DNA of 64,000 bases from NCBI GenBank assembly GCA_963924565.1, contig OZ004610.1, positions 10,664,001 through 10,728,000 of the forward strand, in the 5' to 3' direction. The notes beneath the pieces are model-generated. The model was not told the DNA's origin. It was given only the letters and a program-made list of their open reading frames with translations, and did no database searches. This document shows positions 39,966 to 51,288 of this stretch, in pieces. Within the stretch, counting starts at the first letter, position 1. Every line of letters starts with the position of its first letter. Source of the stretch: Ascidiella aspersa. Its lineage: Eukaryota. Position numbers and translations under genes: made by a program.

Positions 39966-42900
39966 TCAAAGAAAAAATTCTTCGTCCTCGTCTTCGGCTG
40001 ATAGCGGCACTTGGCGCAGCCACTCGTTGTAGACCTTCCTAAATTGGTGCAAATCTTTCTCCAGCAGCCCGTCCGACTTCAACCACTGTAGTTCAATGTG
40101 GTTAAACAAGTAAAAAGTTAACCTTTCATCTTAATTTTTTCGGCGGCCACAAATTATCGAATGCAGTTGTGGCACAGTGCAACATGGCAAAGTGCACCCG
40201 ATCCGTTAGAAATTAGTGCATTTCTAAGCAAAAAGGTCTTCGACAATCAAAGTGCCTATGGGGTTAAATATATTTGCTTAAAACAAAAATACAATCATTG
40301 CTAAACAAGTTTAACAGAAAATGGCGACTATCGTGATTGTTTTTTTAACTCAATATAGGAGTACTTGCCAAATCAAAGTAAAACTGCAAACACGCAGCAA
40401 TTCTATAACCGAAATTGAGTTATTTGTTTTAAATAATAAACAATCTATTCGCACTTCTGTAACTTTCTTTAGAATGGCTCAACAAAATTAATTCCTGGGA
40501 ACTGTAGTGCACAATGTTCCTACATATTCGAAAATTTCAAAATAAAATGTGATTGAATATGTGTAGAAACAACCACGTATTTTGTCCTTTTTTGTAATGA
40601 ATATTTCAAAAAAAAATATTTATTTTTTTTATATTAAAAAAAAAAATTGCACCATTTTTTCGATATTTCATAAAGACCAGACAAACACTATTAAATTAAA
40701 GATGTACCAGTTGGCGTTAAAAAAATCGTTTCTTCTTTTCTAAGCGGGAAAAACAAAAACGTTATGCAAACCTTGTTATAATTCTTCGGGGTATCGCCTG
40801 CGGCCTCCAACACGTAAATCAAGCTCTTGTCGGCCTTAATTCCGAGCTCTCTAAGTTTGCCAACCAGGAATGCGAGGTAGCGATAATCGGGTCGGTAAAC
40901 CGCTGAACATAGAAAATAAGGCAGTTTGAATGGCCACTTTTGCACCGCTATTTAAAATTGATATATATTATGTATTTACAGTCTGGCTTACAATGCTTCT
41001 TGAAACCAAGGTTACTCAATTGTGGCCCTGGGTCCTCTGGGGAATATATATTTATTGTTTTAATTGTTATTCAGTGAAACTAAAAAATGCGGTTTCAATT
41101 GTGACTTAACCTCCCTTGTGGCGTATAACGACGCGATTTTGTTTTAAAGGGTCGCATAGTATCCATAGCCCATGGAAGGGGCCACCACTCATAAGGGGTT
41201 GAGAATCAGTTCTTTATACAAAATCAGCTCCCGTTTAAGCAATGTTCTTTGCCGGCCCATATCAATCATTGATATTTACAACAATGATGGAACACATGCT
41301 AGTAAGACAATTAGTGAAATCGTTTTTTAGTTGTATTGGTTCTCTTTCTAGCTACGGCGCGCATAGTAACATGGATGGTGTGTGGGAGGTGAATCACTAA
41401 ACGTAATTTACAATGCAAAGACCGTTTGCAATTACTACAATGCAGAGATCCGTTTATTTGAACGGGAGCGTTTTAATGAGTGTATTTTTGTGGTAATGTG
41501 CCTACTGTCATTTTCAAATGGATATAAAAAGAAATTCACCTGCGCCGCCAATGACGATCTTTCTTCGGCATCGCAACACTGCCGTGACCAACGTTTGCAT
41601 CAGGATCCCATCAGGGGTAACCTTCATTTAAAAAAAAAATGAGCGTTAAGGACACGTCAACAGGCGATAGAATGAGATTTTCAATGGTCGCGATCATATT
41701 CGCTGTTTTGTAGAAAGCACAAAAAGTTTCGTTTTAGAGTTTTAGACGATCTACCGTTTTTTAACCGCGACCCGGGCCCCTTATTAATATAAGTATACGT
41801 TGTACTTGATTTAAAATAGAGCCGACAGGAATATCAGTGTGATATAAAATGAATGCAGGTACGTTTTTCTCCTGTAGCAAGTCGAAAAACGGTTTGCCAA
41901 GCGTCAAACTTCTCCTCGAGATGGCATAGACGCACCATGTTCGATAATTCGCCTCCAGTTTTTGCTTCTCAATCCTCAGCATGATTTCCTGCAATTCACC
42001 AGCTGGTTAAAACACAATAGGACAGCCTTTTTCGTGAATTGCATTATGGGAACATTTCCTTTAACAATTAGACATAGAGTATGTTAGACGTATACTAGAT
42101 ATTTCAGAGTACTAACTGATGAGTGCTTTAGTCATTGTATTGAAAACAGTAAAGTAAACTGTTAAGCTTGCGCCACACAACGAAAAAATCGTGGTGCATT
42201 TTATTAAAGATACAACTATAACCTACAACCACATAACCATACGGGAAGCCGGGGAAGGTAACCTATTAAGTAAACATCATAATATTATGAGTTATGGAAT
42301 GGTTCGCTTGTCTGTATGCCTATTTTTATAGTTTTGTTTACACAAAACGTTTCGCGGAATCGCGGCACACAGTTTTCTGATTTTTGCTATTGCTAAAATA
42401 AGTTGCAGACGTGGCAAGGGTAAAGTCTGCTGGCTTAAAATCGTACTTTATATCATCACACTTCTTCATGATACCTCCAAGAAAGTAAGGAAACCTCCTC
42501 AACATCAAAACAAAACTTTAAACGTTTTCCCTCGCTTTTGTACCTCGCCATTAGCAAAATCTCTCCTTTGGAAGCGCTTCCTCATTATACAGTTATAGAA
42601 ATCGACGTCGAGCTTGGTTTTCGACTTTTCGGCAATTTCCATCAAGCAATTTTCGTCATCAACTGATGGCTCCATGATTTCGGCCAACGCAGTGTAAATC
42701 TGGAACAGGTAAATAACAATTAAGCGTAACTTTAGCCGATTTGGGATCATGAACAAGAAGCTAAAGCCGCTCATAGCTTATGTCTTGTATGGTGCAATCT
42801 TATATAGAGAAAGTCATTTTTCGTTGCTACAAACATTTAAAATGTACTCAAGTGATGAAGAACCTGTGTTGAAACCTAATTTTAACGGCCGTTGTTTATT

Positions 42901-45900
42901 GTACAAACTAAAACTGATTGGTGATTATCTTTTTCCCATTTCAAAAAGAAAACTAATTTAAAACAGTGGCGTGTGTAATTCAGAAAAACATTTTAATTCA
43001 AGCATTTTAAGCTTGTTTAGCGATCCAATTGTTTTAGACGCTGTACCGCAACCCAGGTATCTACCAAAATTTCCAAACACTCAATCCAAAAAACACACAC
43101 AATGATACAAATTGGGGGCAAAAAGGTTTTAACAAATCACTTTTCGGTAAGCTAATATAGCTTTCTGGGACAACAATTTACCTTGATCGATGGTTTTATT
43201 TTATTGGTCTTCATAATTGCTAGTATGTTGAGATATCCTCCAACCAAATTGAGTCGTTGCCATGGTTTCACGCACTCCGTAATTTGAATCACGTCGGAGG
43301 GGATTTGTCCAGTTAGCAGATTAATGGTTGTATTTTTAGCCACGTTCTGCTGAACTTCTTGCAACTCTTTTTTTGCAGTTGCCTTAACTGAAGATTCCGA
43401 CGTTATATTTTCTTCCTAGATTGAAAATAGCAAAAGTACAGTATAATCAAAAATTGAGGTGACTGGTATACTCAAATTTAAAATACTGAACAATTAGACA
43501 TAGTTTTTCAACGAAATATAAAATAAAATCAAGTAAAAATATGAACTAATGAAATATACAACATTATTACAGATTAAATTCATTGAATAACATACTGATC
43601 ACAATATTGTAAACAAATGATTTTATGTGCCTTATTTTATTTATTTTTTGCATGTTATATCTTATATGTGCTTAGAAGCCAAACTATAAACTTAAACATA
43701 CCATTGACTGTTGTGCAGTTTTTGTTACATCCATGTTGTCTCCATTAATCCGATTTAAATCAACAGCCTTTTCCAATAACTGCAAAGGCTCTTCCTTTTC
43801 TTTGTCACTACTTTCTTCAATAGGCTTTGGAAGAGAATCTTGACCCTTTAACCACTTAAACCGCCGTAGGTTAAAATCTTTTCTGCCACTGTCTTTCATC
43901 AGGACACTTAAAGAATGATTTGCAAACAGATTAAATTATTGAGTGTTATTTGCTTTCAATACAACAAGGATGAAAAATAAAAAATACGTTGGGTTACCTT
44001 AGAGCTGTTTGTATTTCGCCAATCTGGCATTTCCTAATGACATTTAAAAATGAGACAATAACTTGCCCATTAGGTTTGACACCAATTGAAGACATTTGTT
44101 TCCAAACCTATATTTTATGCAACAAGGTAGTTTAGCATTTTCCAAATATTAGGGTAAATGTACACCGATACTTTACTACAGAAGTGGTGCACAAACAATT
44201 GTAGACACAAAAATAAAAGCAAACCAACCATATGTAAACAAGCTGAGAAAATGTTTTACCTTGGTCAATTAAAACTTTTACTGCTTACTTGTATTGCTTG
44301 TCGAAATCCAGTTTTTGAGTCTGAAAGGCAGTTTTTTAACAAAAGACTAAATGTCACAGCATCTGGTTCAATACCTGCGGCCATGGAATCACGGAAAACT
44401 TCAAGAGTCTTTTCTTGTTGTTTGTGAGTCAGGAAGGCCTTTTAAGAAAAATAGGTTAAATGTTTAAAACACCTAATAATTACTACCATAACACACACAG
44501 GAATTTCCTAATATCTCTTGGTGTGTAACTCTAAGTCTAAATACTGTGTTGAGATAACACTTTTAAGTTATTTATTTTTCGTTTTGTGTAATAGAAAATA
44601 ACACTAGATAATAAAATAGGCAGCAATAAAAGAGTAACTCTTTCTTACATTCATTGCTGAACCAAATACATATCTGTTTGGTAGAATATTTTTTCTTTTT
44701 AGTTCGTCCCAGAGCTTGGTTCCCATTTCAATTGCATTTTTATTATTTCTTGATTTGCTTACACAATTGAAAAGAGAGGTATAAGTGTCCATCGAAGGTG
44801 TTAACCCGTAGTCTTTTATCTATGTTTAATAAATTAATACACATCATTTAATATTAAGTTCCTCAATAATTTCTGATTAACTAAGATTTGTAATCTAGCC
44901 AATTTTTATGAAAAAAAAACTACATTTATTGGTATTCTTTTAAAGACAAACACAAATCAGTTAGCATTGCTGACTAAACAAAATTCCATAAATAGCACAA
45001 TAAAATTAGTAGCTCAAGGACTTTGTCTTTTACTCAACATATGACAATATGTTTTATGGTGAATATTCTTGTACACACTCACAGAAAGATCAGCAATTAA
45101 CAAAAAACTAGGTAGAATAGTATGATAAGCCACATATAACCTTATAAAAGAGAGAAAATGCTCTGTCAATATCTCCAGCTCGGCCTAATACCCCAATAAC
45201 AACACTGAAGTTGTATTCTTGTGGCGTCACTTTTTCCACCTGCAACATCTGAGTGGCCAGTAGTTGATAACATTCTTCAACCTTTTAATTGGAAAACCCT
45301 GCGTTAATTTATTTGTGATGCAATATCAACACAAGTTGTGTGTTTTTGTGTCCGGTGATCACCTAATCCTATGTCTAAGTCAACAGTAAGTATAGCAATC
45401 TCGTGGCATAGTGTTTATGCACATTTTAGGAATTTTGTAACGACGCATCAACCCTACCACTTTAATGTCCACTATCTGTTACTTATAAGAATCTGATAAC
45501 TAGGGCCCGCAAAAGTCAATTAAGTTAAAATTTTTCAAGGACCTCGTCTGTCCACAAATCAAATAATAAAGTTGTTTTCAGTACCTAGGGGGCTGTTTAT
45601 CAGAAGTTTATAGGTTAAAATAAAGTTAAAATTTACAATAAAGTTAAAATTTGTAAATAAAGTCAAAATTTGTCAAATTATGGCTAGTAATTTTTGTAAA
45701 AACCATCGTGCAAGCATTGTAAATCAGGAACTGCGACACAATTAAACCATATTAACCCATAAAAGCAGGCAAAATGTCACAATGCCCACTTGGATCAGCG
45801 GTAACTTTTATCGCAAATTGTCCATTTTTTTATTTATTGTTACGTACTTAAATAATTCTTATAAAACACTTTATCTTCATAAACTGGTCTTTTCGAAGAT

Positions 45901-46842
45901 CGACAATTTGAATTTTGGAAATAGGCTACTGACATTCTGCAATACAAAAATGTCTAAGCAAGCTAAATCTATCGCCAAAAAAACCGATGCACTTTTTATG
46001 ATCCATAAAACAACTTGACTTTGCAACAAAATAATACGTTTAAGTCTGAAATCGACAAAATATTATGTTTGGGTAACTGGCATCAATTCAAGGGAGAACT
46101 GTGGCCTCTACAAAAAGCAATTTCGTTAGGTTTAAATAAAGTTAAAATTTGATAAAAATAAAGTTAAAAAATTTTTTTTTAGGTTAAGATAAAAATGGCC
46201 CTACTGATAACGATTACTTACTTTTCCTGCTCGCCCAAGTTTCTTACATTCTATGTGAAACCAGAAAGGAACATTTTTTTTAGCCACAGTGTCTTCGTCC
46301 ATCTGTTTGCTTTCAAGCTCAGTATACAAGTCGGTTACTGGCTTTTTGAACACTTGAACATCTTGTAAATTAAAACCATTTTTAAGTGTGATTTTCATTT
46401 TTAACTGAGTGATTCGTATAATGATGAAGCAATGATGATATGGACTCAAAAGAGTACACTATATAACGCTAAAATGCAAATATCAGTATCTACATACTTT
46501 GTTTTTCTGCAAGTAATCCAAATGTTTCACTTGGCTCCATGTCTATTCCTAGCATTGTTTGTAGCGGGGCAGATTCTGGTTCTGAAGTCCCATCTTTATT
46601 CGTATTTTCTATAAACCCCACATGTCTCTGTAGGCTGACAACTGTTGGCTTCCCTACAGAGATGTTAAGAATTTGATCAATAGTAAATGAAGGGATTTTG
46701 ATAGGCACAAGTTCAGATATGATATAAGTCCAGTATCAATACATAAATTAGCAAACCAACCTTGGTACAGAAGTATTGTGTCCTTGATTTGCCGGGTTGC
46801 AAATCGACGAGCTAGACCATGAAGACATTTTGTACATATCAT
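39966..46842 (-). CDS. PTCD1: Pentatricopeptide repeat domain protein 1, mitochondrial, ~667 aa, 14 exons
   Basis: Exons 46761-46842, 46498-46653, 46222-46361, 45141-45281, 44649-44819, 44289-44438, 43998-44107, 43702-43906, 43182-43415, 42544-42699, 41863-41988, 41540-41621, 40772-40902, 39966-40085. Presequence-like MICTKCLHGLARRFATRQ; PFWFHIECKKLGRAGK; PPR motifs YNFSVVIGVLGRAGDIDRAFSLF and PSMDTYTSLFNCVS; PWQRLNLVGG; DYRYLAFL; FRKVYNEWL. These match my recollection of PTCD1. Confidence 0.88.
45613..45676. repeat. Short AATAAAGTTAAAATTT tandem repeats (second cluster at ~46129-46170) in PTCD1 intron 3
   Basis: Three ~18-19-bp copies here and two at 46136-46169. Confidence 0.7.
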
Positions 46843-47208
46843 TATTGCGTTTTTCTGCTTTTTTACACTATAAAAATTAGACAAAAAAAACGACAAATGG
46901 ATGTGTTTGAAAAACAAATTCTGAGAAAATTTATTTGAAAACACGAGATAAATAAATTTTAGTTTGTATTTTGTTACTGAAATAGCTAAGTTTTACTGTA
47001 AAATGTAACCAAAATAAAAATAAAAATGATTTTTATATCTTGAACAACCACTCTTTGTTTTAGTATTGTTTAGAAGAGAAAAGGTGTACAAATGCTTTAA
47101 GTAGCAGCAGCTGAAAAGATCTAATCTAGATAATACAGCCCTAATTTAAAATTTAGCAAAATTGTTACAATAAAAAACATAAATATGCTGTTGCTACCAG
47201 GCATAGTA

Positions 47209-47280
47209 TATTTAAAACAGGTTCCTCTGGCAATATATATTATTAATAATATATATTGCCAGAGGAACCTGTTTTAAATA
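47209..47280. repeat. Perfect 72-bp palindrome with no spacer
   Basis: TATTTAAAACAGGTTCCTCTGGCAATATATATTATT followed directly by its exact reverse complement. Confidence 0.97.
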
Positions 47281-47377
47281 ATAAAAAACATGTATTTAAT
47301 ATCAAAACATTTATAATATATTTTATCTGGTATAAATAAATACTAAATATAATTCGTATTTTAGGACTGGCCATTTG

Positions 47378-48940
47378 CTAGAAAAAGTGTCTAATAAACA
47401 TGGATGCAACTGACACCCAACGCGGAACAGCATATCTTGGTTGAAGCAATGTCTCTCTGGTGACAGGTTGTGAGTACTTTCCAATTTTACATATTTCATT
47501 GTTAAGTTGAAGCTTTAGTTTTTTATTTCTTGTCACAACGGTCAACTGTGCTTCAAGATCGCGCTTTACAGAGCGAGACCCAAAATTTGATGATCCTACA
47601 ATAGTCAAGGTGGGAAGTGAGTTGTGTTTGTCGAACAGCCACAAACCTTTAGCATGATAAGTCCAGTTAGGACGTGAGTACTCATGCAGTTTAATTAATG
47701 GTTCTTTGCCACTTTGTGACACCTGCTCATGAAACTTTCTTGTAAGGTAATTGTACATCCTTGGAATGTATCCCATAAGACCAGGTGCATTGAGAAAGCC
47801 ATTGGCACTCTGAGAGGCTATATAAATATCAAACTTTGCTGGACTGTCTAATATAATGTTGGCATATTCCTTTGTGATATTAAAATATCCGGAAGTAAAG
47901 CAGATATGAGACTCTGGATTAGCATTCTGCAATATCGCTTTTGTGATCATTTCATCTTGGTTGATACCAGCAAATCCAAGTTGAACCGATGGGAAAATCA
48001 TTGTATCTTTATCTCCTGAAACAGCATGTGAACTGTGGGCATGCTCATTCAAGGTTGCTGTGCAAACATTGTTTGAAGTTTTATTTGCCAGACTACTCAA
48101 ATTCAGAAGACTCCAAAGACAACCTACCGATGTCTTTAAAAGTCCAAGAAAGTAATTGGTATTTGCATATGCAGTTCTTCGTGATAAATCTGGATAAATA
48201 ATCGGTTGCAATTGGCTATTAACATAAGTCACAAACAGGTCAAAATCACCATTATAAGGGTGGACTGGACATTGTTTTGAAAATACTGTTGTACCGTCAT
48301 GTTGTAAGTGATAGGAAAATGACCGGACGGCTTTTACCAGGTTTTGAAAATAGTCTGCAAGTGGCTTGCAGTTGTTAAACTGAATATACCTGTCCTGCCT
48401 CTGAGTGAAGTAATCATTGCTTAAATTTGCACCACTAATTATTAGGCTATCATCAAAGACAAACACTTTCATGTGTGCTAGACCAATGATTTCATTCCAT
48501 TTGGCTGGCAACCAGTTCTTATAGAATCCGCGCAGTAGCGGGGAGTGATACAAAGACACCTGCAGTGTAATGTCCGACGGGTTCTCAGGATCGCAAAAGT
48601 CGCTCATTAGACCAGAAAACATGGTTTTGGAGTTTACGCTTTGTCCTCTTGAACCTCTAGCATAATCTATTAATATATCAACATTCATAATTTGGTGGTT
48701 CTTTTTCATGGTTAGCATTGCCTTGTGGAGGCAAGTAACAAGTTGCTTTTCCAGATTCCCTGTCCCCAGATAAAGAGAAGACAACACAATTCTATGTTGA
48801 GCTGTTTTTATACCATCAATCAACGCTTCATAGAAATCTCCTGGGCTATCAAATACAGTAACATCATCTCCATTTATCGAAAAACTGGGAGCATGATTGC
48901 ATAACCACTTGAACTTCACCAAAGGGTCTTCAATGCACAT
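47378..48940 (-). CDS. PGS1: CDP-diacylglycerol--glycerol-3-phosphate 3-phosphatidyltransferase, mitochondrial (PLD superfamily), one long exon, 520 aa
   Basis: RIVLSSLYLGTG, DYARGSRG, LYHSPLLRG, NEIIGLAHMKVFVFDDSLIISGANLSNDYFTQRQDRY, TSGYFN, WTYHAKGLW, GSSNFGSRSVKRDLEAQ. Confidence 0.96.
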   Translation of the reverse strand: MCIEDPLVKFKWLCNHAPSFSINGDDVTVFDSPGDFYEALIDGIKTAQHRIVLSSLYLGTGNLEKQLVTCLHKAMLTMKKNHQIMNVDILIDYARGSRGQSVNSKTMFSGLMSDFCDPENPSDITLQVSLYHSPLLRGFYKNWLPAKWNEIIGLAHMKVFVFDDSLIISGANLSNDYFTQRQDRYIQFNNCKPLADYFQNLVKAVRSFSYHLQHDGTTVFSKQCPVHPYNGDFDLFVTYVNSQLQPIIYPDLSRRTAYANTNYFLGLLKTSVGCLWSLLNLSSLANKTSNNVCTATLNEHAHSSHAVSGDKDTMIFPSVQLGFAGINQDEMITKAILQNANPESHICFTSGYFNITKEYANIILDSPAKFDIYIASQSANGFLNAPGLMGYIPRMYNYLTRKFHEQVSQSGKEPLIKLHEYSRPNWTYHAKGLWLFDKHNSLPTLTIVGSSNFGSRSVKRDLEAQLTVVTRNKKLKLQLNNEICKIGKYSQPVTRETLLQPRYAVPRWVSVASMFIRHFF

Positions 48941-49090
48941 AATAAAAAAGTTCTTGTTGACAACAGTCTATAAAATATAACTAAGATCTACCTAAAAGAC
49001 AAGAAATTAGCAAAATAAAGGAAAAGTAGATAGAATTTTACCGAAGCTGTAAGGAGAGTATTTGTCCCCCATAATTTGTAGAGCATTTTA

Positions 49091-49359
49091 GGTGCTGGTC
49101 TAGAATCCTACAATATTTTTTGTACAGTAACGAAACCTGTTGCTAAAATTAAAATTGCAAACTTGAAGAATTAATAAAATAATTAAGTTCAAAATGTGGT
49201 GGATAAAACAAATTTTGTCTGGGGCTTCACAGCATTGCTAACATTATTTGTTAGGTTACTGGTAAAGTTTTTGGTAATGTTATTATGTTTTTTGACCTCT
49301 CATTTCATTACTGTATCTTTTGCAACTGTAAAAACGTGGTAGCTTTCTAGACCAGTACA
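49091..49359. mobile_element. Complete MITE with TIR GGTGCTGGTCTAGAATCCTAC, just upstream of PGS1
   Basis: Left TIR 49091-49111; right TIR GTAGCTTTCTAGACCAGTAC at 49339-49358; related ends at 13204, 15309, 25162 and 62070. Confidence 0.75.
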
Positions 49360-49430
49360 GCAAAATTCATTGCAGACTCATCAAATCTATATATCAATGA
49401 TGCATGCAAGGCAGCCTAGAAAACCATCTA

Positions 49431-49504
49431 GCCTGCTTTAAGGTTCAAACTCAAAACCTCCAGCCATACCGGGACAGTCACTCGACCGACTGAGCTAAAC
49501 AGGC
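49431..49504 (-). pseudogene. Decayed tRNA or tRNA-derived SINE head
   Basis: Minus strand GCCTGTT-TA-GCTC-AGTCGGTC-GAGT...TTGAG-TTTGAAC-CTTAA-AGCAGGC gives a 7-bp acceptor stem, D stem, T stem, A box and a mutated B box. The anticodon arm pairs poorly, so no isotype is called. Confidence 0.7.
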
Positions 49505-51135
49505 TCAGAGGCGAGCAAGTTGAGAAGCAATTATATACTACTGCCTGCTTTTGTGGCTCTCTTGTTTTGATACGTAAAAAGCAAAAAAAAAATAAAAAGT
49601 TACCATCTACAAATTATGCTCATTGGAATCGCAACTCACATTATTTGGGTAAGCGTTTGAGATTGGGTGGTTTAAGCATTATTGTTAATAATAATACTTG
49701 ATGCATCCACATCCAAACGCTAAACCTAGCCCTAACACAAATATTGTGTGTAAAGCATAATTTGTAGACATTTTTAATTTGCAATTCTCTTTTATACTGT
49801 ATTTTTTTGCTTTTTTTACATACCAAATTGAAAGAGCCCTGCAACTTTACATTTAAAGGGGATCTACATTGCCATATTATTCAATGAAAAATACATACAC
49901 ACATCACACATGTGTTCAACATTTTTGTTGGCTTTTTGAGAAGGTTTAAAAGCGCTATATCACAGTCTTTGAACAAATATGTATGTGTGTTTCTTTCATT
50001 CTCATCTTTCACTTGTTCCAATGGTCAAGAATCAGGGTTAAGAGTTTGGCCTGGGTGGTAATATAATGGAAAAGGCTAGTTACCCCAACACTAAAGTTGT
50101 GTAAATCGACACTAACGTTGCAAGCGTGAAAGAGCGGCAAATAGCATAGTAGCATTCCAGATACTACTTACAATGCCCTAACAAAGTAATTTAAATCGAT
50201 TAAAAAATAATGCATTGAAATTATGAAAAAATCCGAAATTTAAAATTAATACTACCACCAAATTCTAAACGCTAACTGTTACGTGTTTATCAACACGTTA
50301 AACACCCAAATTGATTAACTGCCATAAGCCAAATCTTAGAGTTCATTAAGTGATTTTACGATGTGATAAATAGGGCTTTGGATTACGCGTTTCAGCTTTC
50401 GTTTGCCAAATATGTTCTTCAGTTACATAATATCATATTTGATGTTGCAAAGTTTTCCGTATTGTTGTGTGTAAAATTCCTGTGTTTTCCTGCTTCAGTT
50501 CGCCTCGTTTCAAACTTGACACTAACCCCAGGCCCAACCCACCAGCACTCAGCTTTCCACAATTCTCGCGCCCTAACCTAAATTATTTGTGTAGCAATTT
50601 AAAGCATTGTACTAAGTTATTTTAATAATGAAAAGAATGTATTTATTCTGAGACAGTAATCTATTTTAGCGGAAACATATTTTTTCTTGTTTTATTGAAA
50701 TTGCAAGTCTACTCTTTTATAAAATCCCCCAAGGAGCAACCTTGATCAAAACTTCACGTGAGAAGATTCAACTTGACGCCATTTTGTTTCTAAATGCGAT
50801 GGGGGAATAAGATAGCTTTTAGGCCTTATGCCATATTACATATTGATAAAATGTGAAAAAATTCAATAATATTTTCAAATTTTAAACGCTTATAAAACAA
50901 AACTTAATAAAATATTTGATGTAGACATGGTAAAACATGGCTCGCATGCAAATATGCAATGGAAATCGAGCATGTATAATCAATTTAAGAATACTGGTCG
51001 GCCTCCCTGTTTACTATTTGACCTGTATACCACAACAAACAATAAATTGAACTGTTTACCTTATGCCCGGCACAGTTCAACGGTAAATTAAATTTAATGA
51101 AAATAGGTACTTTTGCTGCCAGCCATTGTATCCAT

Positions 51136-51288
51136 TATAAAACTGTTCTTCCGGCAAATACGTTTTATTATTAGATGAAACTGCGTGTTACGTTGACCTA
51201 CACACGAAATCTTCACCAGGGCAATAAACTTGCAACTTGGCGAAAACTGGGTTTTATACAAAATATTTGCCGGAAGAACAATTTTATA
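51136..51288. mobile_element. ~150-bp mini inverted-repeat element
   Basis: 25-bp inverted repeat TATAAAA(C/T)TGTTCTTCCGGCAAATA at 51136-51160 and 51264-51288, one mismatch, TA at both ends. Confidence 0.7.

Noticed and set aside
42406-42476. Extra PTCD1 exon, or use of the acceptor at 42003
   Set aside because: Both break the frame after the phase-0 donor at 42543. The acceptor at 41989 gives an ungapped match to PTCD1 as I recall it.
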